Source of the DNA: a virus
Reading direction: 5' to 3' (one strand)
Virus record (IMG/VR): IMGVR_UViG_3300045988_098456
DNA length: 64,000 nucleotides
Shown here: positions 32,942 to 41,413 of the stretch, one piece after another
Position numbering within the stretch: the first letter of the stretch is position 1
How the letters are laid out: the number at the start of each line of letters is the position of its first letter
Translations under genes and position numbers: made by a program
The notes under the pieces: model-generated
What the model was told of the DNA's origin: nothing
What the model saw: only the letters and a program-made list of their open reading frames with translations
The model's database searches: none

Positions 32942-33325
32942 ATGAGCAAGGCAAGTAAATTAGTTACGGATGCAATTCTTGGAGAAGACACCGTAACGAT
33001 AATCGTGAATGGAAGGGTTTATTACGTTTCACCACCAACTATTATAAAATTGGTCAAGGCGGCTAAATACCTTGACTGTTTCGAAGAGTGCAATACCTTA
33101 GCGGAAGTCTTAGGCATTCTTAAGAATTTGAATGATGCTTGTAAGGCGTTGTCCGTATTCATACAAGGCGATGAATCCATTAGTGAAGAATTATCTAAAG
33201 GAACGCTTGAAGAGGTTGTCAATGGCTTACAAATGGCTTATTCCTTAATCTCTATAAAGGATTTTCAGACGCTATCAATTTTGGCGAAGAGTGCGGCAAG
33301 GATGATAGCAAAACCACGACCATAG
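32942..33325 (+). CDS. tail assembly chaperone (G-like)
   Basis: Position after the tube gene plus an overlapping start-less -1 frame ORF. Confidence 0.5.
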   Translation: MSKASKLVTDAILGEDTVTIIVNGRVYYVSPPTIIKLVKAAKYLDCFEECNTLAEVLGILKNLNDACKALSVFIQGDESISEELSKGTLEEVVNGLQMAYSLISIKDFQTLSILAKSAARMIAKPRP

Positions 33326-33516
33326 GTAACGATACACTCTTAGGGCAGATTGCATCTTTTATGGATAGTCTGCACTTATCTTACCAAGAAGTAGTAAAAG
33401 AGATACCTTATAGAAACTTATTGCTGATGGCAAAAGACAAGCAAAGAGTAGCATGTGGTGATGTAATGTATGAGGTAACGGAAGAAGAGTTTGGAATGAA
33501 CTTCAAAAAAGGATAA
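33211..33516 (+). CDS. -1 frame extension (T-like); could also be a separate 51-aa ORF from ATG 33361
   Basis: -1 frame is open from 33211 with no ATG for 50 codons and overlaps the G-like ORF by 115 nt. Confidence 0.4.
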   Translation, partial: RGCQWLTNGLFLNLYKGFSDAINFGEECGKDDSKTTTIGNDTLLGQIASFMDSLHLSYQEVVKEIPYRNLLLMAKDKQRVACGDVMYEVTEEEFGMNFKKG

Positions 33517-33557
33517 GTTTAAAATAATGCAAATAAAGTATTAAAAGCACTAAAACA

Positions 33558-33589
33558 TTTGCAAGTTAGCGAGATATTTTTTATCTTTG
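33558..33589 (+). promoter_or_regulatory. promoter TTTG-N20-TATCTTTG
   Basis: Exact consensus. Confidence 0.75.
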
Positions 33590-33643
33590 CAAGCGCAGAA
33601 CAAAAAAGGATAAAATGGCGATTTAAGAAATTGATAAGATATT

Positions 33644-33730
33644 AGAGACACGAAACCCGATGGACTATACCGAAAGGCAGTCCGAGTCACTATTCCTTTG
33701 ACTTTGCAATCGGTAGTTTCGTGTTTTTGT
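33644..33730 (+). ncRNA. three-way-junction leader RNA ending in a U-run (attenuator or riboswitch-like)
   Basis: P1 33648-33661/33709-33724 (14 bp, 2-nt bulge), P2 33662-33683 with GAAA tetraloop, P3 33685-33703, then TTTTTGTGTTT. Confidence 0.55.
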
Positions 33731-33742
33731 GTTTAAAATAAG

Positions 33743-34045
33743 ATGCAAGACGTAAGGTTGATATTTGAGATACTGGTTTCTATGTTGCTTTGCGTTTGTC
33801 TCATATTGCTTGCTGTAAGTAGATATAGGCAAAAGAAAAAGCGTGAAGAACCGGAGCGAAAGGAAATGGACTTGATAGACTTCTTTTCTTTGGGAGGAGT
33901 TGCCTATTATTGGAACAAAGGTGGTAAGCAGCAGAAATGCTACACATACGAAGAATTTCTGAAAATCAAGGCTGACTACGTGGAGCTTTGGTTGAATCAG
34001 AACAGATATATTTTTAACTCTCAATTAGATTGCGATGATATATAG
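33743..34045 (+). CDS. small membrane protein (100 aa)
   Basis: LIFEILVSMLLCVCLILLAVS TM segment followed by a basic stretch. Confidence 0.55.
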   Translation: MQDVRLIFEILVSMLLCVCLILLAVSRYRQKKKREEPERKEMDLIDFFSLGGVAYYWNKGGKQQKCYTYEEFLKIKADYVELWLNQNRYIFNSQLDCDDI

Positions 34046-34265
34046 AGTATTTGTTTTGTTGCCGACAATAGTTGTATCAGATGGCATTGTTGGTATAGCT
34101 TGGCTAGGAAAGGTTTTTAGCTTGCGATATGGAAAGAACAAGAAAAAGAGCAAGAATGTATCCTTAATGATAGGATATAACACAGGAATGTCTCTTAAGT
34201 CGAAAATAGACGATAACGCTGCGGATGATTATTTAAGACGCATTGCCGAAGAAAACAGAATCTAA
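34035..34265 (+). CDS. small protein with N-terminal hydrophobic segment (76 aa)
   Basis: Track ORF. Confidence 0.45.
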   Translation: MIYRVFVLLPTIVVSDGIVGIAWLGKVFSLRYGKNKKKSKNVSLMIGYNTGMSLKSKIDDNAADDYLRRIAEENRI

Positions 34266-34269
34266 ATTC

Positions 34270-34289
34270 AAGGGTTAGAAACCCTTTTT
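34270..34289 (+). terminator. rho-independent terminator
   Basis: AAGGGTT-AGA-AACCCTT followed by TTT. Confidence 0.65.
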
Positions 34290-34358
34290 ACAACCATATT
34301 ACTTGTGGTTATTTTTATACATCGGTTTTTATTAACGATTGTTTTTTATGGTAGATAA

Positions 34359-35465
34359 ATGTATAAAAACGAGCACAAGTTCCCTTATAGATGGACTAAA
34401 AAAGATGCTAATTTCACAAAAGACAAAGGTAAGGTGATGTCTTGCTTTTGTTGTGGAGGTGGAAGTTCCTTTGGTTACAAACTAGCTGGCTACGATGTTG
34501 TAGCCTGTAATGAGATAGACCCAAAGGTTATGAAGATGTACTTGAAGAATCACGATGTCAAGTATTCTTTCAATTGTGATATTCGTGAGTTGATTGCCAA
34601 TATCAATATGGGGGGGCATATTATGAAAGAAGAATTGCATAATCTGGATATATTGGATGCTAGTTTCCCTTGTTCGGTATTCAGTATTGCAGGTGATCGT
34701 GAAAAGGCTTGGGGAAAGGAAAAAGTATTCAGAGAAGGTCAGAAGGCACAAAGGCTTGACGATTTGGCTTTCTACTCTATCGACCTCGCTAAAGAACTAA
34801 AGCCAAAGGTAGTTGTTTTTGAGAATGTCCAAGGTTTGTTACAAGGTGAAGCTGTCGAGTACGTAAAAGAGATTTATAAGCAGATGGATGATGCCGGATA
34901 TATCTTGCAACATTGGCTTCTCAATGCACGTAACATGGGTGTTCCTCAAAACAGACCTAGGGTGTTTTTTATCGGGTTACGTAAAGACCTTTGCGAGCCG
35001 TTTATGGTTCAGAAGGATTTATTCGAGCGAGTGCCTAAGATTGATATGGACTTTAATGAGAAAGAAATTGTCTTGGATGAGTTTTCTGACTATAGTGGAA
35101 GACAGATTCCTAAAGGAGTGATGAAGTATTGGGTGCATAGAAATGAGAAAGATAATTCTATCGGTGATATTGTCAAGCGGATGGATAATCGTCTTTCTAT
35201 GTTTAATAATATGTTTCTTAAAAAGAATAAGGTATGCAATACTATATCAGCAATGGAAGATAGGCTTGTGTATTTTGATAATCCAAGCTATATTTCTGCG
35301 CATGATACGATTTTAGCATCAACATTTCCTGAAGATTATGATTTCGATGGCATGAAGCCTTGGTTTGCTTGCGGAATGTGTGTTCCTCCAGTTATGATGG
35401 CTAATGTTGCTACGAGAATCTGGGATTGTTGGTTATCAAAGATTAAAAAGGAGGAATGCGCATGA
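34359..35465 (+). CDS. DNA (cytosine-5) methyltransferase
   Basis: FCCGGGSSFG (motif I), FPCSVFS (IV), FENVQGL (VI), QNRPRVFF (VIII), GMCVPP (X). Confidence 0.9.
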   Translation: MYKNEHKFPYRWTKKDANFTKDKGKVMSCFCCGGGSSFGYKLAGYDVVACNEIDPKVMKMYLKNHDVKYSFNCDIRELIANINMGGHIMKEELHNLDILDASFPCSVFSIAGDREKAWGKEKVFREGQKAQRLDDLAFYSIDLAKELKPKVVVFENVQGLLQGEAVEYVKEIYKQMDDAGYILQHWLLNARNMGVPQNRPRVFFIGLRKDLCEPFMVQKDLFERVPKIDMDFNEKEIVLDEFSDYSGRQIPKGVMKYWVHRNEKDNSIGDIVKRMDNRLSMFNNMFLKKNKVCNTISAMEDRLVYFDNPSYISAHDTILASTFPEDYDFDGMKPWFACGMCVPPVMMANVATRIWDCWLSKIKKEECA

Positions 35466-36199
35466 TAACAGCAAGTATGACTTCGGGTGATATACGTAGA
35501 GTACGAAACTTAGATGAAGCTAGAATCTATGAGTTTCAGATGCGAAAAGCTAATGAGCTTAAACGTGAAATGAGAAAGCAGAACGTAAGGCAAATAACAA
35601 AGACCTTTGAGTTTGCTACACCGAATGCCGATTATTTCATCGTTGTCGGTGTAAAACATGGCGATGTATTTGCTTCTGGTGTGTTCATTTATCTGAAGGA
35701 AACCAACGAGTATATTCCTATGAGTAGAAACGAGGGGTATAGCGAAGATTGTTTTGCTATGAGCGTTCATTTTCTGAAGAGATTTGCAGAAAGGTTTTTG
35801 AAAAAAGACTTACCGATTGCCAAGATATTGCAAAAGATATATACATCGTTTACAGGTGCGGTTCAGCTCTATAGTGATGGCAAGACAAGAAGGGTGGTAT
35901 TTGCAATTCCGGAAGGGCTTATACTCACAGAATACGAGCAAGAAAAGCATATCATCCACTACAAAACCTTTGTAAGCATGGATATGCTAAAGAAGACACA
36001 GAAGCGAAGTTACGAGAAGATAAGTGCATTTCTCATGGAGTCTTGTCAGCAAATAGCTAAAGCAAGAGAAACCGGAAATGACGAAAGGCTGTGCGTTGTG
36101 TACAGAAGGTTTTACAATGATATTGATTTGCTAGATACAAAGGAGGCGCAAGCCATATATTCAAGTTTCTTTGAAAAAGGAGGTAACAATGAAAGATAA
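35456..36199 (+). CDS. hypothetical protein (247 aa)
   Basis: Track ORF inside the modification island. Confidence 0.6.
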   Translation: MRMITASMTSGDIRRVRNLDEARIYEFQMRKANELKREMRKQNVRQITKTFEFATPNADYFIVVGVKHGDVFASGVFIYLKETNEYIPMSRNEGYSEDCFAMSVHFLKRFAERFLKKDLPIAKILQKIYTSFTGAVQLYSDGKTRRVVFAIPEGLILTEYEQEKHIIHYKTFVSMDMLKKTQKRSYEKISAFLMESCQQIAKARETGNDERLCVVYRRFYNDIDLLDTKEAQAIYSSFFEKGGNNER

Positions 36200-36692
36200 A
36201 TGTATAACAAGGTTTCTTGGTGATATAAAGCCTATAAAGAATTACGAAAGGTATTATGTTAGCAAGCTGGGACATGTTTTTACTATTGGGAGAACGTCTC
36301 AATTAAAGGAAATCGCTCCTTGCAAGACACCAAAAGGTTATCTGAAGGTATGGCTTTACAAGAATGGAAAGCGCAAGATGTTTTATATCCATCGTTTGGT
36401 AGCTCAGGCTTTCTTGGAGAATCCAGAAGCGTTGCCGATGGTGAATCATAAGGATTTCGACAAGACGAATAATGATGTAGACAACTTGGAGTATTGCACC
36501 GCAAGATACAATGTGATTTATTCTGCTATAGCAAAGAAAACATCTTCCGAATACTTGGGTGTGACTTGGAATAAGAGTGTAAGAAAATGGCAAGCGCAGT
36601 ATCAGATAGGTAAAAAGAAAATATATATAGGTTGCTTTGATACGCAACAAGAGGCTCATGAAGCTTATGTTAACGCTATAAAAGAGATTTGA
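36171..36692 (+). CDS. HNH homing endonuclease with AP2 DNA-binding domain
   Basis: YIHRLVAQAF...VNHKDFDKTNNDVDNLEY (HNH_3-like) and YLGVTWNKSVRKWQAQ...GCFDTQQEAHEAY (AP2). Confidence 0.75.
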   Translation: MKKEVTMKDKCITRFLGDIKPIKNYERYYVSKLGHVFTIGRTSQLKEIAPCKTPKGYLKVWLYKNGKRKMFYIHRLVAQAFLENPEALPMVNHKDFDKTNNDVDNLEYCTARYNVIYSAIAKKTSSEYLGVTWNKSVRKWQAQYQIGKKKIYIGCFDTQQEAHEAYVNAIKEI

Positions 36693-36693
36693 T

Positions 36694-37407
36694 ATGCTTG
36701 AATTTGATAGAATATACAATTCCGACTGCATAGAAGGAATGAAACAAATAGAGAGCGGGAAAGTAGATTTAATTGTTACTGACCCACCATATTGTATCTC
36801 CTATAAGACGGGATGGAGAGCAGACGACCATCGTTTTTCGAAGGAAATACTCAATGACGATAATGAGCAATTGATTATTGATTATATGAGCGAATGCTAC
36901 CGGATTTTGAAGGATGATAGTGCTGCTTATATCTTCTGTAGTGCAAAGACCTTGGACTTTTTTATGCAACAAGCGAGGAACGCAGGGTTTACCATTAAGA
37001 ATGTGATAATTTGGCGAAAGAACAACCATACGGCTGGAGATTTAGATGCGCAATATGGTCAATGTTACGAGCCAATCCTGTACTTAAATAAAGGCAGACG
37101 AATCATAAACGGAAAGCGTTTGGAGGATGTGTGGGACTTTGATAGAGTTCCATCAGATAAATTGGTACATCAGAACGAGAAACCAATCCCCTTGCTTATG
37201 CAATGTATCTTGAAATCATCGAACGAAGGAGATTTGGTGTTTGATGGCTTTATGGGCAGCGCAAGTACTGCTCTGGCTTGTATGCGGACAAATCGGAATT
37301 ACCTTGGTTTTGAATTGGATGAGGATTATTTCAATGTGGCACAAAGAAGAATTAAGGAAGAAATGTTAAATCAAAAAGATATGTTTGGATATGCTGGAGT
37401 TAAATAG
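36694..37407 (+). CDS. beta-class N6A/N4C DNA methyltransferase (canonical DPPY)
   Basis: DLIVTDPPY then C-terminal VFDGFMGSASTALAC. Confidence 0.85.
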   Translation: MLEFDRIYNSDCIEGMKQIESGKVDLIVTDPPYCISYKTGWRADDHRFSKEILNDDNEQLIIDYMSECYRILKDDSAAYIFCSAKTLDFFMQQARNAGFTIKNVIIWRKNNHTAGDLDAQYGQCYEPILYLNKGRRIINGKRLEDVWDFDRVPSDKLVHQNEKPIPLLMQCILKSSNEGDLVFDGFMGSASTALACMRTNRNYLGFELDEDYFNVAQRRIKEEMLNQKDMFGYAGVK

Positions 37408-38107
37408 AATTTATCAAGGTGATTGTCGAAAGCTTTTAAAGCTGATTGATAGTGATAGCATAGACCTCGTATGTTCTGATGTGGCTTATCCTGTTCAGTC
37501 TAGGGGTGGCTCAGGGAGTATGGGAGGATATTGGACGGAATCTCAAACAAGAAAGGGCAAGATATTCAAGAATAACGATATTGATATTTCGGACTACATC
37601 AATGATTTGTACCGGATATTAAAGGACAGGTCGCATTGCTATCTGATGTGTAATGATTATAATTTAATGCACTTTCTTGATGTGGTCGGAAAAAGTGAGT
37701 TCCATTTTACCAAATGCTTAATATGGGATAAGTGCGCAAAAATATGTGGCCGCTATTATATGGCACAGAAAGAGTATATCATCATGCTACGCAAAGGTAG
37801 TGATAGGCCGATAAATGAATGTGGTACGTCTGACATTCTGAGTGTTCCTATTCCAACCAACAAGCGCAAGGATAAGGATGGTTTGATTAATCAGACTGAA
37901 AAACCTGTAAAGTTGATGGAGACATTAATCAGAAACTCGACAAATGTTGGTGATGTTGTTCTAGACCCATTCATGGGGAGCGGTACAACGGCAAGAGCTT
38001 GCGTAAACCTTGAAAGAAAGTATATAGGTTTTGAGATAGACCAGCGACAAGTCGATTTTGCCAATAACGAATTAAAGAACATGAGTAGGCAATTAAGTCT
38101 TTTTTAA
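37385..38107 (+). CDS. beta-class DNA methyltransferase paralog with DVAY in place of DPPY
   Basis: DLVCSDVAYP; VLDPFMGSGTTARAC. Confidence 0.7.
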   Translation: MDMLELNRIYQGDCRKLLKLIDSDSIDLVCSDVAYPVQSRGGSGSMGGYWTESQTRKGKIFKNNDIDISDYINDLYRILKDRSHCYLMCNDYNLMHFLDVVGKSEFHFTKCLIWDKCAKICGRYYMAQKEYIIMLRKGSDRPINECGTSDILSVPIPTNKRKDKDGLINQTEKPVKLMETLIRNSTNVGDVVLDPFMGSGTTARACVNLERKYIGFEIDQRQVDFANNELKNMSRQLSLF

Positions 38108-38117
38108 AACTATTGGT

Positions 38118-38336
38118 ATGTGCAAGGTGTTTTGTTGTAATCCTGTTGTAAGAAATGGGAATAAAGAAACAACGGATGCTCTTATAAGAGCTATGAGAGG
38201 CGAAGCCTTAAAACGAGGGTTGGTACGTGATGAATTGATAGGTTTTTGCAACCGATTCTTGAGAGAAGGCGAAATCAAAGCTTGTATAGAGCATTCGCTA
38301 GATAATTTCAAACGTTATTTTTGGAGGTATCATTGA
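38118..38336 (+). CDS. hypothetical protein (72 aa)
   Basis: Track ORF. Confidence 0.45.
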   Translation: MCKVFCCNPVVRNGNKETTDALIRAMRGEALKRGLVRDELIGFCNRFLREGEIKACIEHSLDNFKRYFWRYH

Positions 38337-38337
38337 T

Positions 38338-38967
38338 ATGAGAAGAAGAAAGTTGAACAAGTCTCCAGTGCTAGGCTTCTGCGGATTTGTTATCGGTTAC
38401 GAATGCAAGGAAAAGGGAATAAAGCTGATGGAGTGCGATAAGGCGCAAGCAGATGCAATCATAGTTCCTCATCACTTTTCACACAAGGTAACGAAGAATA
38501 GTTGCTTGAATCTTTTGGTATTGTATAAGGATAAGATAAGTGGTGCAATGCAAATAGGGTATGGAATCCGACCGCACATCAAGACTGAAAAGTGCGAAGT
38601 GTTGGATTACCATCAAGTGAGGGAATTTGACAGAATGTGGTTGTCTGATGATATGCCAAAGTTTAGCGAGACGATTTGCCTATCTCTCTTGCATAAGTAT
38701 ATTAGGGCAACACATAAGGAAATCAAGTACCTTATTTCTTATGCCGATACGTCCATAGGTAACAAGGGAACTATATATAAAGCTGCAAACTATGAGCATA
38801 TTGATACCATTAAGGCAGATTTCTATGTGTTACCAAGTGGTGAGCGTGTGCATCCGGTTACTATGTGGCATCGGCACAAGACAAGAGCATGGGAGGTTCT
38901 GACGGAACTATACCCAGGAATAAAAAAGGCAGAAGGGTTTCAACTTAAATTTCTGAAGAAGTTATGA
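38338..38967 (+). CDS. Mom-like acyltransferase-fold DNA modification protein (candidate)
   Basis: PHHFSH, REFDRMWL and LISYADTSIGNKGTIYKAANY resemble the Mu Mom family blocks as I remember them. Confidence 0.5.
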   Translation: MRRRKLNKSPVLGFCGFVIGYECKEKGIKLMECDKAQADAIIVPHHFSHKVTKNSCLNLLVLYKDKISGAMQIGYGIRPHIKTEKCEVLDYHQVREFDRMWLSDDMPKFSETICLSLLHKYIRATHKEIKYLISYADTSIGNKGTIYKAANYEHIDTIKADFYVLPSGERVHPVTMWHRHKTRAWEVLTELYPGIKKAEGFQLKFLKKL

Positions 38968-39182
38968 AGAAAAGAAATAAATATATTCCTTGTCATTTGC
39001 ATCCAGATCCTGAGCATTGGGTTAGAAAAGGTCAATCTTGGAAGGCGAAGGTCGCTTATGAAAGCGAGGATGATGCTTGGGAGTTTCTGAATCAGAATCC
39101 GAAGTTACGGGCACAAGGTATGGCGGTGTATCGGTGTAGGATATGCAACAAATATCATATATGGCACAAGAATAACAAATAA
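38964..39182 (+). CDS. small zinc-ribbon protein (72 aa)
   Basis: PCHLHP...CRICNKYH; ATGA overlap with the Mom-like gene. Confidence 0.5.
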   Translation: MKKRNKYIPCHLHPDPEHWVRKGQSWKAKVAYESEDDAWEFLNQNPKLRAQGMAVYRCRICNKYHIWHKNNK

Positions 39183-39197
39183 AAAATATAAACAGCA

Positions 39198-39479
39198 ATG
39201 ATAGTAATAAAAATCAAAACATGGAAAGACTGGAAGAAGGACTTTCTTGATTGGGTGCAAGCACCTAGGCGCAGTACTTGCAAGGAGTACGTAGATTATA
39301 TGGAGGCTTTACAAAATCAGGTTCTCTACAAAATAATAAACGACACTTGCGATAAATACGGAAATATGCGTGAGGATCAAATTCAAGACATCACCGAGGC
39401 AGTCGAGAGATGCGTTGCTGAGTGTGCCAAAGAAACACGCAAGTTAATCGATGAATGTCAGCCCGCAAAATTATTCTAA
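39198..39479 (+). CDS. hypothetical protein (93 aa)
   Basis: Track ORF. Confidence 0.55.
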   Translation: MIVIKIKTWKDWKKDFLDWVQAPRRSTCKEYVDYMEALQNQVLYKIINDTCDKYGNMREDQIQDITEAVERCVAECAKETRKLIDECQPAKLF

Positions 39480-39541
39480 GACTGCAACTTTCATTACACT
39501 GCCGTGAAATTGTTTAACTGATAGATTTAAAACAACAAAGT

Positions 39542-40234
39542 ATGATAGAACTGAATAAGAAAAGTATGATAGAACAGAATAAGATATATAATGAAGATTG
39601 CCTAGAAGGAATGAAAAGGATTCCTGACGGGAGCGTAGATTGCATAGTGACGGATATACCCTACAATGAATGCAATCGTACCGACAACGGTCTAAGGAAC
39701 TTAGATAAGGATAAAGCAGACATCGGAATATTTGATGTTGCTATGCTGACAGAAAATCTATGCGAAAAGACCAAAGGCAGTATCTATATGTTTTGCGGTT
39801 TTAATCAAGTTTCTACTATTCGGCAAGCTATGTCACAAAAAGGTCTGAGCACAAGAATTGTCGTATGGGAGAAAACGAATCCATCGCCTATGAATGGTTC
39901 GGTTATTTGGCTAAGTGGAGTTGAGTTGTGCGTTTATGGTAAAAAGCAAGGCGCAACATTCAATTTCCATTGTAAGAACACCGTTTTCAGATACCCTTGT
40001 GGGGGGGGTAAAATTCATCCAACACAGAAGCCAGTGGAGTTGATGTCACAGCTAATAGCTGCAAGTACAAAAGAAGGCGATACCGTCTTAGACCCATTCA
40101 TAGGCAGCGGCACTACCGCTATCGCTTGCATCCGTGAGAAGCGCAATTTTATCGGTTTTGAACTGAACAAGGAATATTACGACAAGGCTTGCAAGCGTAT
40201 TCGTTTAGAACAAGCGCAGCCTGTGTTATTTTAA
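39542..40234 (+). CDS. beta-class DNA methyltransferase paralog with DIPY motif
   Basis: DCIVTDIPYNE; VLDPFIGSGTTAIAC. Confidence 0.8.
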   Translation: MIELNKKSMIEQNKIYNEDCLEGMKRIPDGSVDCIVTDIPYNECNRTDNGLRNLDKDKADIGIFDVAMLTENLCEKTKGSIYMFCGFNQVSTIRQAMSQKGLSTRIVVWEKTNPSPMNGSVIWLSGVELCVYGKKQGATFNFHCKNTVFRYPCGGGKIHPTQKPVELMSQLIAASTKEGDTVLDPFIGSGTTAIACIREKRNFIGFELNKEYYDKACKRIRLEQAQPVLF

Positions 40235-40253
40235 ATCATAAATAGTTGAGATT

Positions 40254-40640
40254 ATGAAAAAAGAAGATAGACTTAAAATATATCGCAAATACGATGGGCA
40301 TTGTGCTTATTGTGGCAAGAGTATAGAGTATAAGGATATGCAGGTTGACCATCTTGTTCCGAAGAATCGAGGTTGTTACTCTCGGTGGAGCGACAAGGAG
40401 GGAAAGTTTGTAGTATTTCATGGCGATGATTGCATGGAGAACTATATGCCATCTTGCAGGTCTTGTAACCTTCGTAAGCGTGATATGAGTTTGGAACAAT
40501 TTCGCTCAGAGATTACAAGACAGGCTAAAGGATTGCTTAATGGCAAAGCTTCTTTTCAGGTAAAGATGTCGCTAGCTTATGGTTTAATCGAAGAGCACTT
40601 TGATAGACAAATTGAGTTCTACTTTGAGAAATTTAAATAG
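40254..40640 (+). CDS. HNH endonuclease
   Basis: CAYCGK...VDHLVPKN...CRSCNLRK. Confidence 0.8.
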   Translation: MKKEDRLKIYRKYDGHCAYCGKSIEYKDMQVDHLVPKNRGCYSRWSDKEGKFVVFHGDDCMENYMPSCRSCNLRKRDMSLEQFRSEITRQAKGLLNGKASFQVKMSLAYGLIEEHFDRQIEFYFEKFK

Positions 40641-40648
40641 TTGAGAAT

Positions 40649-40933
40649 ATGAAGAAGTTTAAGAAGTCGATAGAGATTAGCACTGAGAATATTTCAGACG
40701 TTCTTCAAGTGCCAATTGTTACAAGTTTATACAAGACTAAGAATTTTAAAAATCCTTGTCTTGAAGGTCGTAGCGTTCCTTATGATACTATAGCATTGAT
40801 GTATGTTCATATCGAAGGCTTTGATAGCGATTTTTGTATTGACCAAGGCGACATTCTCGCTCTTGATATTTGTGATACTTGGTATGCTTTTTCGAGGAAA
40901 GGATGGGAAGAACATAAAAACGATGAGGTATGA
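40649..40933 (+). CDS. hypothetical protein (94 aa)
   Basis: Track ORF. Confidence 0.5.
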   Translation: MKKFKKSIEISTENISDVLQVPIVTSLYKTKNFKNPCLEGRSVPYDTIALMYVHIEGFDSDFCIDQGDILALDICDTWYAFSRKGWEEHKNDEV

Positions 40934-41340
40934 AGATGAAAGGATATTACGAATACGACCAGCCAATTTACCCACACTTATTGTGTGTTGGGGTTGGGTT
41001 GCAGTTTGAGGATGCAAAGAAAGCATTCTTGAATAATGATGGTACGGATATTGAAAAGTACGATTTTTTAAATGGTGATGGATTTACTTATTACGGACTT
41101 CACATAAGAGAAACAGGAAGAAAGTGCGTTCTTGTTTTATTCAGTAGCAGTAAGGCTATGCGTATGAATGTAATTTGTCATGAGGCTAGTCACGCTTGCG
41201 ATGCTATCGAGGGTAATATTGAAATGGAACATGGTGGAGAACCATCTGCTTATCTGATAGGTTGGATAGCATCATGTATCAATAAGGCTCGTTTGGGAAT
41301 TGGAGATTTCGTTGAAATCGTAGATAAGGAAGAAAAATAG
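40930..41340 (+). CDS. putative zinc metallopeptidase (HEXXH)
   Basis: VICHEASHACD motif. Confidence 0.5.
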   Translation: MKMKGYYEYDQPIYPHLLCVGVGLQFEDAKKAFLNNDGTDIEKYDFLNGDGFTYYGLHIRETGRKCVLVLFSSSKAMRMNVICHEASHACDAIEGNIEMEHGGEPSAYLIGWIASCINKARLGIGDFVEIVDKEEK

Positions 41341-41369
41341 CCCAAATGCAAAATACCCTTTGGGGTTTG

Positions 41370-41413
41370 CCCCATCACTATATATATAGTAATGTAGTGG
41401 TGGGGATTTTTTT
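41370..41413 (+). terminator. rho-independent terminator
   Basis: CCCCATCACT-N16-AGTGGTGGGG followed by T7. Confidence 0.8.

Noticed and set aside
33323-33325. In-frame TAG read-through joining the chaperone ORF to the downstream open frame
   Set aside because: Rechecking the register shows that the in-frame continuation hits a stop after 5 codons. The long open frame is in the -1 frame, so a frameshift rather than read-through is the viable model.
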